Positions 25,878-39,824 are shown, numbered from the whole stretch's first letter. The stretch is DNA of 62,579 nt, filler included, from Choristocarpus tenellus KU-1152 (GCA_964200185.2; 12 parts of 12 records of this genome joined end to end with filler, not necessarily neighbours in it), one strand, 5' to 3'. The notes: generated by a model not told the origin, from the sequence alone. Made by a program: numbers and translations.

Positions 25878-28518
25878 CCCTTCACCATGGCTGTGGTGGT
25901 CAATGGAGTGGAATATACTTCAGCAAAGGTGATGCACCAAGTGGGGCTATTTTGGTGTTGAGTTAGCTTGCGGTTTGGTTTGGAGGACACTTTGGGATTT
26001 AGGGTTAGGGTTTGGATTGGTGTTGAGGATGTACCTCCGTGGCAAGGGTTGGAGTGAGAGAGTTGTTTTGAGTTAGGCTTGGTGCCGAGATCGAGGTTAT
26101 GTTTGACGTGAGTTGAGCTTTACCTGATTTTGTCAAGATACTTCCAATGCATGAAGGGTTTGAATAATGGATGCCAATGGACAGTCTGATGTTTGCATTG
26201 AAGGATACTATTGTACTAACACTTCGAGAGACAGCTTTATTTTTCTTTACTGATACTACATATCCCTACCTTGTCAAGGTTTACATATGAAATGGAGGCT
26301 TTTTCCAGTTGGCCGCTCATCAATCCAGGAGTTTCCCGCTTTATGCTGTTTTTCAAAAGTTTTCATTTGGCGGAGCTGTGTATGACGATGATGCCATTTA
26401 CCTCGAATGGCTCAAGTAATTCCACCTACACATTTCTTTTTTTCTTTCTTAGTCACGCCGTAGTGGTGACTAAACCAAAACAAAAAAAAGAGAACACTTT
26501 TGTTGGACCTGTTTAAATCTCTTTACTTTTTGTTACAAAAAGGGTTGAAAGTCATCCTTCAGTGTTCGAGGAATATTTTGTTCGTAATAATGCCCTTTTT
26601 TTCCTATGTCTCTTGTGTTTTTTTTTGTGTATGTGTGTGCGTGCTTAAAATAAAATATTTGTATGGAAGGCATTCTCCTTGAAGGAGGCCAAGCAACTGG
26701 CCTCAGTTCACTTCCTGAGAGAGGCCATTGGGGACAGTAACTTGAATACACTGGGGATCGACGTGTCAGACCTTATCAAGGCCAAGGTGGCAGGTCCAGC
26801 ATCAGGAGGGGCAGCATTGTCTAAGCACCAAGGTGACTAAGTAGTGTCTATATTTTTCTCAAAGTGCTGTTATGGGAGGGAGTCGGGCAGGGTGTGGTTT
26901 AGCTGTCCTGTTTTTTCGTGGGGGGATGGAGATGGGGGGTTGTTCGTTTTTTTTAATGTTACTTGTTGGGAATGGGCTAAAATTTATTAAGTGTGATGAA
27001 CCCACCCTGGAGTTGGATTTGTGTCATGATTGTCTTTTAATTTAACTGATAATACTGAAGAGATCTTGGGTGTGATTTGGAAAATTGTCTATATTTATAG
27101 ATGACCAATCGGAATAGGCAATGTGGCATGCTCAGCCAATGGTAGGCATCCTTCCTGCAGCATGCCCTAACCCTTCAATTATTGTTGTCGTACTCGTTTT
27201 TCGTAGTATCACCCGTCCATGTTTTTTGTGTAGTGGTGCTGTTATGTCAGTCCTGGTTGTTTGTCTCTACTAGATGACCCTGGTGTCGCTTGCTCACAAG
27301 AGAAGCATGTGTTGATACTAGAGATCCGCAATACATCTCCTCACATGCTGCCTACCATTTCCATTTACTTTGGTACCAGCCAATTCCAAGAGGCATGAGC
27401 AGATTGATTGACTGCCTTTTCCTGCCTGAGAATATTTTAGCAACTCCTTTTGGTTTCTCATCGTTGTTGTGTACAGAACCTTACTCCTCTCACATACAGA
27501 CACCTGAACCTCTGAAAGCAAACATACTGCATGTCACCCTATCACTGCCTTCTTGTCCTTGAGATGCCTCTGTATTTCTAGGAAAACCTGCACCTGCCCT
27601 CAGTGGTCGGTATCAATTTTCTTAAAAGAAAAATAGAACCATGTATATATATATATATATATATATATGATACATGTATATTTAGCCCAGCAGGACGTCA
27701 ACGAATCAGGATATTTCAAATTACTGCTGACTTGGGAATTGATGCTTGGTGGAGTGAGATATTTCTCTATACATTTACCCCTCAATGGTACTAGCTATTT
27801 CAAAGTATCTGTCTGGTTTTTGTATCATTCGTACTGTACCAATAACTAAACCCCTAACCCTATTTGTAATGCTTGTCGGTACGATACCACCTCTTGTTTC
27901 AAATACGCCTCCGGTCCTATACAACTCCTTTCCCCACTCTTTTGTTCTTTTTTTCCAATAGTCCTACCCACCTTGGTCCATCCACTTCCCAACCCACCCC
28001 TCCCTACCTCCCTACCTCCCTCCAAATTCTAGTCATGTGAATCAATCGTAGCGATATAGCAATGCTTCTTGTTTGTATTTGTTACAGTGCTCCTTATGTA
28101 CTATGACTTCTCATCTTGTACCCCCAGTGTGTTCCAGATCAGGTGACCCTCTAAACATATAATCTGCCATTCACACAACAGAATATTCCCATTCAATTCA
28201 CAGCCTTGGTCAGTTGGAGCAGAGCGGTACCTACCCACTCTGGGGTTAAATTTCCTCCCTCCCTTCCTGTTGCTCCACTGCTGTAACTGTTGTAACTGCT
28301 GATGTTCCGCCAACAGAGGTGCCCAAGGTTGCGGCGAAACCTCCGACAAACTTCACGCAGTTACTGCATGACCTGGTGTCATCCCACCCAAACATGCCCA
28401 CGTATGCCAATTATACGTTTGAGCCCCTCCCAGATGGTGCAGGGTACAATTGTGTTGCAACACAGGTCAAGCATGAAGCTGAAGAGTTGGCAGATGGGGA
28501 GGATCCTGGCACTAATAC
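25878..28518 (+). CDS. Protein with double-stranded RNA-binding motif(s), internal exons 25878-25928, 26670-26832, 28317-28518
   Basis: Spliced PFTMAVVVNGVEYTSAK-AFSLKEAKQLASVHFL fits the dsRBM beta2-beta3-alpha2 pattern; NFTQLLHDLVSSHPNMPTYANYTF..YNCVA resembles the start of a second dsRBM; phases compatible. Confidence 0.7.
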
Positions 28519-28691
28519 GTGAGTTGTGTTTTTTTTTGTGACTATGNNNNNNNNNNNNNNNNNNNNNNNNNNNNNNNNNNNNNNNNNNNNTTAATTAATT
28601 AANNNNNNNNNNNNNNNNNNNNNNNNNNNNNNNNNNNNNNNNNNNNTCCTCTCCCCCCACCAACAAAACACCACCCCCCCGGCGCCGCACG

Positions 28692-28730
<39 letters not shown>

Positions 28731-29269
28731 TTCACCGAGGTCACTCCCAACTCCACAAGTCCCACACAAAAAAAACAAAAAAATTGTACACAAACATCGG
28801 GGTATCGACTGCCCTGAGCATTTCATAACTATGCTTCGACATGTTTCGTTCAAAGCACATCAAAATTCAAATTCAAACTCCAAAAGAGGAGCTTCAGCGC
28901 AACGATAGACTTCAACTTCAACTTCAACTTCAACTTAACATGACAAGTCCCGATTCGCGGGGACAATTTTTCTTCTTTTTTTTTTAACGTCATACTTCTA
29001 GTTAACAGGCCTCAAGCTTGTATGTGGCGCGACCATGCCAACCTCCAATTAAAAAATTAAAAACTTTTTTACCACACGAAATTCCGACGAGAAAAAGCGC
29101 CGGACAGTTCTCACTCCCGAACAACCCACCCACCCACCCTCTGCACCAAACAACACCTCTCTCATCGACACAGCTACCCACTCCTCATCCTCGAGTCCCC
29201 CCCTTCACCGTCACTCCTCCACAATCACTTTGCCATTCTTCAGAGTTACTTGATTGGCCGCCATGTACA

Positions 29270-30246
29270 TTTTACCATGGATCTTCCCGCGGGCCGTGTT
29301 TCGTTTTGCGTAGGATCTTTGTGGCATAAAAGTGGAGCATCAGTTTCACAGTAACCGCAGCGCAACTTGAGGGCAAAGGGAGCAAACTACTTCACTCCTC
29401 ATAAACGGTATCAAGAGCCAAGCAATCCAGGGCACTCTTCCATTCCATTTCAACAACTCCATCACCTCTCCAGAAAAAAAAAAAACTTCATAAAAGTACA
29501 CAAAACACGCACCATCTCACAACACACATACAGACGACCATAAATACGTGCGATTCAAATCCTCACCCGACTAGTCCCTCTTCCAACCTGCTGCTGTGTA
29601 CTGGAAAGATGCCTACCCTCCTCAGACCTCCCTCCCAGCCTCCTGCGACCACTCCCACCACCCCTACCCCCACCCCACCCCCCTGGACTGCCACCAGCAC
29701 TAACGTCACTGTGGGAGCGCCTACCCATACCCAGTGCAGCCGTTGCTCCAGCTGAACTCATCATCCTCCTCTCATGCGCTCTCCTGCTGGAAACACTGTG
29801 TCCCACCTGCGCCAGAGACCTAGAGCCTACACCAACCCCTGGCGAAACGCCTCCCAATCCTCTTCCAACTCCTCCGCTTCCGTTATCCCAGCTTCCAAGC
29901 GCAGGAACTATCTCGCTAAGAATGTCTTTGTTTTCATCATAGTCCTCTTCGTCTCCTTCCTCCACAGTGGGGGGCACAGAGTCCGTGCTGAAGCCGCTGC
30001 TGCTGCTGACACTGTACCAGGACCCGCTAGAGCCCAAGCTGCGTGAACGAACGCCTCCCCCAGTTCCGCCACCAGGTCCACCCCCGCCACTGCTCATGCT
30101 TCCACTTCGGCTCCTGCGAGAGAGGGCCTTACTACTCTTTGGTGTGGAGGAGGAGGCGAGTCGCCTGATTGCTGTCCTTGCGCCTACAAGGTCAGGGTTG
30201 GCCGCGGACACATCTTCCGACGAGGATGAACCTCTGGAGGCATAGC
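29270..30246 (-). CDS. Low-complexity Ser/Gly-rich exon (about 29588-30248) of an unknown gene, with a possible small downstream exon ILRKTKHGPREDPW
   Basis: Open frame of about 220 codons bounded by ccaaaag and CAG|gttgg. Confidence 0.55.
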
Positions 30247-32901
30247 CTTTTGGGGGGGAGAGAGGCGGGGACAGGAGGAAGAGAGGATGGAGTTTGAGTG
30301 GAGGACAAAGGAGCGGAGGAGGAGAGGGGGGGAGGAGGGGAAGGAGGAGGGAAAATGCCAATTTGAGGCATTGAGACAAGTATTTCTGGGAAGTATAGCT
30401 ATCCCTACTGCGATTTTTGTATTGGAAGAAATCACCGAACAATATCAGCAAAGAAAATAAATTGCAGATTAATCCCAGAGTTTAGAATAACCAGAGAATG
30501 TAAAACTTGGCCATCATCAGGAGATTCTCACGCAAGTCCCAACGCTGTAGTTTCCTAACCCTAACCTTCTGTGTCTCGATTAAAAAGTTAAGTACAATAC
30601 ACTGGTTCAACAAAAGTTTCCAAGTTCATAGCCACAACAGGTATGGATGAGTAAGCAAGAATGGGGGTTTGGGAAAAAGATGAAAGAAAAAAACTCACGC
30701 AGTCCTCGGAGACTTTCTACCCTCGCTTTACTTCCTCTCACGTCATCCAGCAGGTCTTCAGCACGTTCCCTGCCTACAGAGCCTGCTGCATAAGGGACAA
30801 GGTAACAAACACGGAAGCATTAGCCTCGGCAACAGGGCCTATTCCGCTGATTGCCCTCAACTCTCCTCACTGAAAGTGCAGAATCAATCCCTCTATCCTA
30901 CCTCTTTCAAGCCCTCCCTCACTTGCTCCTCTCCTTACACCTCCTTCCCCTCGGCTCTCAATCTCTACCCAACCCAGCTTCTCCTCTCCCCCTCCCGCGA
31001 ATGGTGCCCTGCCGTGGATGTCCGCCTCTACTTGGGCGGCTGATCTTGGGGTCGAGATCTGCACCACACTTGAGTCATCTAACGGCAATATAACTGTTGA
31101 TTGACTCTCAGTCTCTCGTCTCCCTTGATGGGGGGACTCCTCCATTGGATCCTTGTCTGGATCTAGAGTAGGGTCAGCTGCACCATTCACCTCTTGACTC
31201 TGCACAGTGATACCGCGCTGTGCAGAAGGCGCAGTCATGGACCTATTGTTTGCAAGCGAAGAGTCTGGTGGACTGGTGAAGAGACAAAGAAAGGGTTTAC
31301 CGAAAGACACAAAGGTGGTGGGCTTGCATCGAGGATGTGATGGTTGAGCCAATGTAGGGATGGAGCTAAGGTTGAGGTGGAGGGTGTGATCGCAAGCAAC
31401 GACGAGGTTCATAAATCATACTTCATACATCATACATCATACATCATCCTTGCGACGAATTTGGCGACATTGTCAAGGTGCATCCTTAAAATTAACCTCA
31501 TGATAGCAGGTATAGAGGATCGATATCAAAACCACGCACAGGATGCAATCGAACATAAAATCAATCCACCCACCAAGGTCAGAACGGGCAGATGTTCTTA
31601 CGACCTGGTCTCTTCCTCCCATCGGGACCCTTATTCACAAGAGATACCTACGACATGACCTACTGAAACCAGATCACATCACCATCTCCTTGCACCCCTG
31701 TAAAGATAGCTTTCGTCCAAATACTTTTAATAGTATCTCACGAATCAAGAATGAGCTGACTGGGTTAAACTCAACGAGCCCTACTATCCAGTGCCCGGAG
31801 TTGTTTCCTCACAACATCCTCCGCTTCCGCTACATGACAACACATCACAAATAAGGATAACGAAATCAGCACAACCCACAACACTCACAAACTATTGGTT
31901 TAGCTAGCACCAAAGAGTCGCCCTACGTGGTACCTTCTTTGCGTCTGCAAGGCTCTCATGTCCCTCACAAACCAACTATAACCACGAAGTAGGTCCAACG
32001 TTGTTTTCGAAACTGTGCAGATAACCAACCAACGCCTCCCTTTCTTCTCCAGTTCTTTCCGTGTTTTCTGCAACTTCCGTCCTTATGCCACTGATATGCT
32101 CCAGCAGTGGCACACTAGAGCTAGCTCTACTTCGCACTCTCAGAAAATACTCTCACAATTTGATTTAACGGATTGTTGAGAGTGACGGAAAATCGTCCCT
32201 GAAGTTATGAAGTTGGTCCACCCCCAATCTTAACTCCTCACTGGAACCTGGTACAACCTCTACCGGTGACGTGCTGTCGATACTCCATTTTCTACTCCCA
32301 CTCCAAAGCGGTGAGATATTGTTCTGGTTCACAATCCCTCTCACTACACCTTCCTTTCCAAATCCCAACAAAAAAGTCTTCTTTATAGGGCAAGTCATCA
32401 ATCAATAACCCATTGATGGTTGTTGAGACTACATACAGTAATATTGTAGGAACGTCGTAACAAGTTCGCAATATACTCCACATCTCACATAGGGGAAGGG
32501 TTACTACAGTTAAGCATCAACAGGAACGTACAAGTTGCAAAGAATGGTTGTTCTTGAGAATCGTCTTTTGTCGTGGTGTCATGATGTATGTTCTCTAGGT
32601 ATGTGTTGCTTCTTCTACGCCAAAACTAATCACAACACCATATCAAAATTTGAAGTCTCCAAAATGAAAGACAGCCAAAATATATATTTTTTAGTATATA
32701 AGTATAGGAAGAAGATTCGGAATTTACTAGGAAGACCACTAGGAATACGGTACGGTTGGATGTGTATTACCATCGATCATATAAATTTTTTATATTATTT
32801 ATCATATAAATAATCACCTGGTTAATAATATATTATAGTTAGTCCAAGGATTTAGAATTTAGAGGAAGATCGCTAGGAATGTGTATTCTAATTGTATTTG
32901 A

Positions 32902-33088
32902 AAGCAAAGCGGAAAGCTTCCTGGATGAGCTGGCTACCACATAGTAGGAGGGAGAGGAGCGGAAGGATATGGCAGGAAAGGAGTAGTTAAATCCAGACTA
33001 CGTCAAATTGTTTCGGTGACTACGCAAGTGGCATTGTCTCGACGTGTCATGTTTTAAGCTGGAGTCACCAGGGAGATGGGCACGGAGG
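32902..33088 (+). mobile_element. Third, more 5'-truncated copy of the RLE non-LTR retrotransposon, cut by the contig end
   Basis: ttcctggatgagctggctac ... tcaccagggagatgggcacggagg is co-linear with 233-421. Confidence 0.85.
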
Positions 33089-33188
33089 NNNNNNNNNNNN
33101 NNNNNNNNNNNNNNNNNNNNNNNNNNNNNNNNTTAATTAATTAANNNNNNNNNNNNNNNNNNNNNNNNNNNNNNNNNNNNNNNNNNNN

Positions 33189-33691
33189 GGCAGGGAAGAC
33201 TGAGGGGTGGTCGATTAGGCTTGTGAAGCAGTCATCTAACTCCCCCGACCTCAATATCATGGACCTGTGTTTCTTCAGGTCTTTGAAATGCCGGGTGATG
33301 GGGAGTGGTTTGGGTCCATCGAGGAGATGGGTGAAGGTCGTTAAGAAATAGTATGAGGAGTATGATGAAATCACACTTGAAAAGGCTTGGCAGGTCCTTT
33401 CTGTTGTGTACAATCAAGTACTTAGATACGTGGGGGGGAACGACTTTAGTGTGGAGCACACAGGGGTAAGGAAGAGGCAGTTATCTGGTGAGCTTGAAAC
33501 ATGCCGAAGGTAGACATGGAAGATTTTTCTGTGGCTGATAAAATTGTGATGGATGGGGATTAATGATAATAACAAGAGCTGGGGCTAACCAGAAACTCGT
33601 CAAAGATTCCAAATCTTCTTTCAGAAATGAATTTCATCTACATCTTCAAACGTTATGGACAACGCAAAACAGACTTTTGGCACGGAGGTAG
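33189..33691 (+). mobile_element. Mariner (DD39D-type) transposase C-terminus with a Stowaway-like right TIR
   Basis: EGWSIRLVKQSSNSPDLNIMDLCFFRSLK..LEKAWQVL..GGNDF..H with a stop; the terminus ggcacggaggtag-ta is the reverse complement of TA-CTACCTCCGTGCC. Confidence 0.85.
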
Positions 33692-34264
33692 TAGTAGTAC
33701 TAGTACTATTACACCTCACCAACAAGAGGATAATCACAAGAAATCAGGCAACGAATATCACACTAGCAGTACTGTAGGGGCTACTACTGAGTAGGAATAC
33801 TTTTGTACATGCTCTTTATAAATACATATTTGTATTATAATTTATCTAGGTATAACACGAGCTACTGACTGCTACTGCTACTACGTGATTGTCCTGTGAT
33901 ACCTGAGCACATAGATGTATGGGATATTTTCAATCACAAACACAAAATCCCATGGTGACAATTTACATTTTTTTCCTGCAAAACCCTTGCAAACAAAATT
34001 GCATATAGTGAACACCAACAAACCAGCATACACTGCACTCCCTTTGCCTTTATCAAAACTAACATTTCTTATAATCCTTCCATTGTCTGCACCTGATGCA
34101 ATAAGCCCTTGTTGCCAACAAACGCAAAGGAAATTTGAGAAATATCTTGAGACACATCACAACCTCATCAGAATACCGCGCAACCACACAAGAGAGGACT
34201 CTTCCACTCTACCCACCCCTACCCATCAATACACTACAAAATTCCTACATTATTTCTCTCTCAC

Positions 34265-36017
34265 CGCAATCCTGGGGTCTTGGCAAATGCCCTCCAGGGT
34301 TTCCACACGATCCTCAAAAATATATATGGTGGATTCTCTGGTTGATTGGGTGTAATATACAAAACATCCCACGGCAGTGTCAGTGAAGCGGTGGACAGCT
34401 GACAGAAAAAAGTAGTGTGCTTGGGAAGGTAATAGATAAATAAATAATGGTTAATACAACAGGCAGGTAAGTGAAGTATATGTCCTAAGCAGGGTACTTT
34501 ATCAGTAGTAATAATAATACATTAGGAAATCAATAATTTATATACAAAAATGTATTGATAACAACAGTAAAGCTTCGATCCTGATACATATTAGACTGCC
34601 CCAGTAGGATATGAATCAGTGTGAAATATATTTTGGTGACAGTATAAGCGAAAATTCTTGTATCGTTTGGGGTATATTTTCCAGGAGAGTGGAGGGGGGG
34701 AAAGTAGATTGGTTGGAAGTGTACCTATAAGAATGCCTTCTATTCCATGCACTGGCTATACTACCAGTAGTACACTACATCATGTCGATATAATACGGAA
34801 GCTAAATATTCGAACCCTCTCTTGAAATCAGGGCAAGTTTAGATATCGATATTATATTGGTATTGGTAGCGGCATTTTATTACCTTTGCTTCCCCCCCAC
34901 TCCATTGTTTTGAGAAACCTCACCACGTTTCTAACACTAATACGCACTTCATTAAAACTTAACCGAATATTCAGTGACATATTGCTACATCATCATTCAA
35001 ATCTCACTACTATTGTCGTAAATAACTGGCACTCTATGTAGTAGTAGGTCATGAAAGGAATGGGAGGAGGAAGGAAAGGATAGTATCGCCACCATCATCA
35101 TTGCGTACTATGAATGTCTTGCAAGGGATGCAACAACTATGAAACAAGTCACCAATACTATAATACTTAATTCCCATCACTCACACCTATTTGTGTGTCT
35201 CCTTCAGGGATGAAAGAACGTCTGGCTTGGGACAAGAACCAAGCCCAAATATCCTGTCTTCTGAGATGGAAAGGCCAATAATAAATTCAGGTGGAACAGC
35301 GGCAAACATTACAAATATACGAGGATGGGAAGGATTGGATAAGAAACAGTTCAACAGGATATTGTGTGGTGCAATGGCAAGATTTCTTCCAGGTACGGTA
35401 CTTCTCAAAGGGACTTCCTAGTACTACTACAGATAGCATGATCCTGAGTGTCCTCTCTCCATCTCAACCACAATAGAGATGCAGTACTGGTAATGCACTG
35501 ACTGTTGTATCACAGTTGGACCATAAATATCACGGTCCTGAATGTAGGTTCCTAGAATTGATTTAGTAGAAGTGCAGTACCAGTATCGTATTGTTATACC
35601 ACAGTTGGACCAAACCAGTGTAAGATGTAGGTTTCCTTCATCGGGCAAGTAACCAACCACACTATGAAATTTCCGATCTGCTCCCACCGTAAGAAGAAAG
35701 CTGCTTAAAGATTGGCACAGAGGTACACACAACGCTTTTTCTAGGAAAGTTTTAAAGTTCTATTTGTATCACATTTACACTGTAAATTTACTCTAGTTTT
35801 GATTTGTTTTCTACAGTAACTGTATACATAAGACTGCAATACAATATTGTAAAAACGATGGACCAAGTAAATGAAAAGAAAAAGGGAAATATATAGTAAA
35901 GTTATTTTTTCATTTTCTGTTCTGGTGTACTTAACCACTGATCATTATCATACACCAAAAATTGACAGATATTATTACTAGTACCAAAAATTGAAAAAGC
36001 ACAAAATACGTATTGAG

Positions 36018-36058
<41 letters not shown>

Positions 36059-37638
36059 AGAGACGGGGAGGTACAGAGAGAGAGAGAGCAAAGCAAGAAC
36101 AATTAGTCACCCAACTTCTGAAAATAGAACACCACAGAAGGAAAATGAAACGCTTGAAGTATATGTATATCTTACTGCAACATTGTTGAACACTTCAAAG
36201 GATTTGAAACATTTTCAATACAGTTCACAAAATGGCCCTTACCTGTCCTTTAAAGAGAAAGACTTATGATCGGTATTTTTTATTTGTACACTTACAATTA
36301 TACCAAATCGGAGGGATTTAATAACTACAATGGATTGCAAGTGATTTCGCCTTTATGATTGGTCAATCATATTTGAATTTCCTCAACCTAACCGAACTCC
36401 CCAAAGCAACGGTTCTGTCATATTACAAGAAAATTAAAACTTAAGCGACCAATGAGAAGGCTGAATCAAATACATTCAATATTTTTCCACTCTTCCAACT
36501 TTGTTTAGTTGGAATTCATAAAATTGTAATGTTCTGATTTTTCTGTCAATACTTGCCCAGGTTGGTGCCATTGTAGTACCATCATAGATACTACCAGCGC
36601 TATTGACAATATTTACATACAACAATAAGAAACGTGAACACAACATTTTCAACAAGTTGTGTTGACCAGGATCTATTGGAGGGTCGGGAGTACGTCTCAT
36701 GGAAATGTACCATAGCATTATATATACTTGCTCTGTTCAGTTAGAAACAACTATTGTGCGGATGAGGGGAAAATACTACATTGGGAAGGTGTTTCTTGTG
36801 GATTTGCAGGCAGGAGGTGTAGAATTCTTCCCAGACTGAGTCGGATTTACCTGAGATGTTAGGATTGATATCTCGTCATGTGTTTTTGTAAGATTCTTCC
36901 CCCCTCCCCAACAAAATAAGCATGATATTTTACTATTTGTGGAATGGTAGCTTTCTTTGATGAAATGGATGCTGGACAGAGGAGAGTATGTATTACTATT
37001 TGTGCTATGGTTCTAAAATAACTATAGTCAGAGGCTGAAGGGGGAGGGGTGACAAGTTTGCCGTGACGTGTATTACATATAGTCAAGCAAAAGAGACTAG
37101 GAGTGGAAAAGGTTCCACTCAATCATTTTCAAAACTAAATTACCCCAAATACATGTTCAGGAAGAAATCATTTGTTAGACTTGAAAGTGGGTAGAAATAT
37201 ATCTATAAAGGACTGTCAAACATCATACTTGCATTTGATAAAACAACCATAACTCTAGCAACATCGATCACAAAACAATCAATCCAAAGCATCAAGGTTT
37301 CTCCTACTCCACCCAAAATATAAGCAACTTGAAAATGCTCATCATAAATTTTAAAACCAACCAATAGGGGGATCATCATGACAAAAAGGCAGAAACTTTT
37401 ATCCTGACATAATAGCTCTAGAGAAATTGCTCTTTTGACAGAACCTCTCCTGTTTGGCCATACCAAGCAAACAACCCTATAGTACGAATTATTTCCCATT
37501 ACAATGACTTGACTTGATCTTGACCACTACTTAGTACCTCTCACCAGCTTTTTTCAGCAGAACACTGGCAAATCGTTTTTGCTTGGTGGTGACCACATAC
37601 AGCTCTCCCCAACAAGCACTAACCGCCTCACCGACACC
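34265..37638 (-). CDS. HAD-superfamily hydrolase of the cyanobacterial/plant uncharacterised type. Exons 37545-37638, about 35191-35275, 34265-34337. Possibly a pseudogene
   Basis: GVGEAVSACWGELYVVTTKQKRFASVLLKKAG / LSISEDRIFGLGSCPKPDVL / STIYIFEDRVETLEGI; the middle exon has defective splice boundaries. Confidence 0.75.
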
Positions 37639-38996
37639 CTGCATGGGGAGATAATGTATGTATGTACGTATGTATGTATGTATGTATGTATNNNNNNNNN
37701 NNNNNNNNNNNNNNNNNNNNNNNNNNNNNNNNNNNTTAATTAATTAANNNNNNNNNNNNNNNNNNNNNNNNNNNNNNNNNNNNNNNNNNNNCAGAGGGAG
37801 GATGAGGAGGGGGAGGGGGAGGGGGGACGGGGGGAGGTGGTGTTCCCGATGAATGCAGGGGTGTTTGAGGCGGAAGAGGTGGTGGAGAAGGATGAGTTGT
37901 GTCGACAGATTGCTGCACCATCACTGCTGAGTTTTCGGTTGGTAGAGCAAGGTAATTGATTTGCTGGCCTTCAGTGTTGTGGGATTTTGTATGTTTTTTT
38001 TTAAGTTTCCGTTTGTGTGTTTGTGTTTACACTGATTCATTTTTTTTTTGTATGTGTGTGAAGTATTTGAACGTTCATGAAATTGTGGCGATGCATATGT
38101 GGATGGTGTCCTTGGGCGATTGAGAACAATTCTTTTTCAGGAGAATTTATTTTCCTGATCGTGCATGATAGGGTGGTTTTTAAAGTACGTTTGCGGAATG
38201 GAAATCTCTCCTCCGCTGCTGGTATGCTTCTCTGATCAGATGAGGTTCGCACCCTGGTGTTGTACTCTATTTTATTACACGAGAACAAGGGTATAGCATT
38301 ATGAATTTATTTGAGATGCTCTGTTGTATGTAAGAGAGGAGAGATTTCGTAATCACGAAATGGTGTCAGTTGAATTCTCTTTCTTTGTAGGAGGTAGTAA
38401 AGCGGTAGAGTTCTAAAGATCTCACGGGGACTCTAACGGTCCTTCCTTTCCTGCTCGACTCAGGATGTCGGTCGATGGGTGATGGATAGACAATGAATAC
38501 AACTCATACGTAGTTTTGCGTATATATATGGAGGCATTATTAATGGCCAACACTCACACCGTTTCAGTACCGTGAGTTAGACCGTGGCCTCATCCAAATT
38601 GCTGACTTTCAGTTGCATTTGGTTGGTGGTGGGAAGATGTGTCTTACAGCAAAAAACAAACAAACAAACAAACAAACGATCATCTGCTATTGCAAGGAAG
38701 TTTGTTACTATTATATTGTCTGTCTATCCTGATCGACAGAGGGAAATCAGTAGAATCGATTTTATTTTCTTCTTTTAATGGCATGGTGTGATCCATTTGA
38801 GGTTTGAGGAGCACAGGCCCCTTTTTGACATGCATTTTTTTTTTTCTTCTGTGAATGAAGGCCTAAAATAAAAATATAATTGTTCTCCAGTGCATACACA
38901 TGTGTGTGTGTGTGTGTATTTTGCTTGTTACGTATTATTCTTCGTGTACGTAGTGTACCTTATTGTGAGACAACAATGTTCATATTGTTTCAACAG

Positions 38997-39404
38997 TGGA
39001 TGTGTGTGTAGCCGACGACTACATATGTGAGACACTATGGAGTGACAGTGTGTATGCTGGGGGGGGGGGAGGAGGGTCAAGAAAGTGGGTACACCATACA
39101 GTCTCCTCCATAGTGGTAGAATGTTTTTGTTGTCCCTCGGCAATAGTCTACCTGAGGATCATCTGCGAAAGATTGTGCAGTTTCACCAATACGCCTGCCA
39201 AGAACAATGCGTATTGGTGCAGAACCGTAACCTTCCCCCCCCCCCCCCCCCCCCCTAGATTTACTTTTGTTGCAATTTTTCCTGACCTAAGTGATTTCAA
39301 AATCCCCTTCAGGACAACAAAATCAGGAATGCAGTGCTGTAGCACCAACACGTTCAGAAGTGAGACGGATGGCTTTGGCCTTGGAGAGATACAGAGATGA
39401 ATTG
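38997..39404 (+). CDS. Unknown protein, three exons (38997-39026, 39102-39226, 39313-39404)
   Basis: Canonical sites with compatible phases: GCVCSRRLHILLHSGRMFLLSLG...RSEVRRMALALERYRDEL. Confidence 0.5.
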
Positions 39405-39824
39405 GTGAGGATGGGAGGGGGAGGCAGAGGGGGGGGGGGGAGAGAGGAAGGCATTTTGCATCCTGTGAGCTACCTTGGGGTGGTGATGGCCTATTTTAGA
39501 GTTGTGCATGATGTGTTTGTGAAGGTTTGTTACTATGTTTTCTGGCGTTTGTGAAGGTTTGGACAGGCTTTCTTCGCCTCGTTCCCCTTACCACCTTATA
39601 TGGAAGTCTCTGCAATGTGAGAGAATGTCATTAGAGCTCTGGGTCACTGCGGAGCGTTTTGAGGTGTGTGTTATGTTGAGGTAGATGGAAAGGGTATACT
39701 GAATAGTTGAAAAAGTTGTGTACAAAAAGGTTGATGCAGTAGTTCGACAATCAAGGCTCGTTGACTGAGTAAAACACGGTCATATGCCTAACACCAAATA
39801 CACCTTGTGATAATTATGTATCAG

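Noticed and set aside
29774-30245. Plus-strand ORFs with a TM-like segment and poly-Pro
   Set aside because: Antisense shadows of the longer, splice-bounded minus-strand exon
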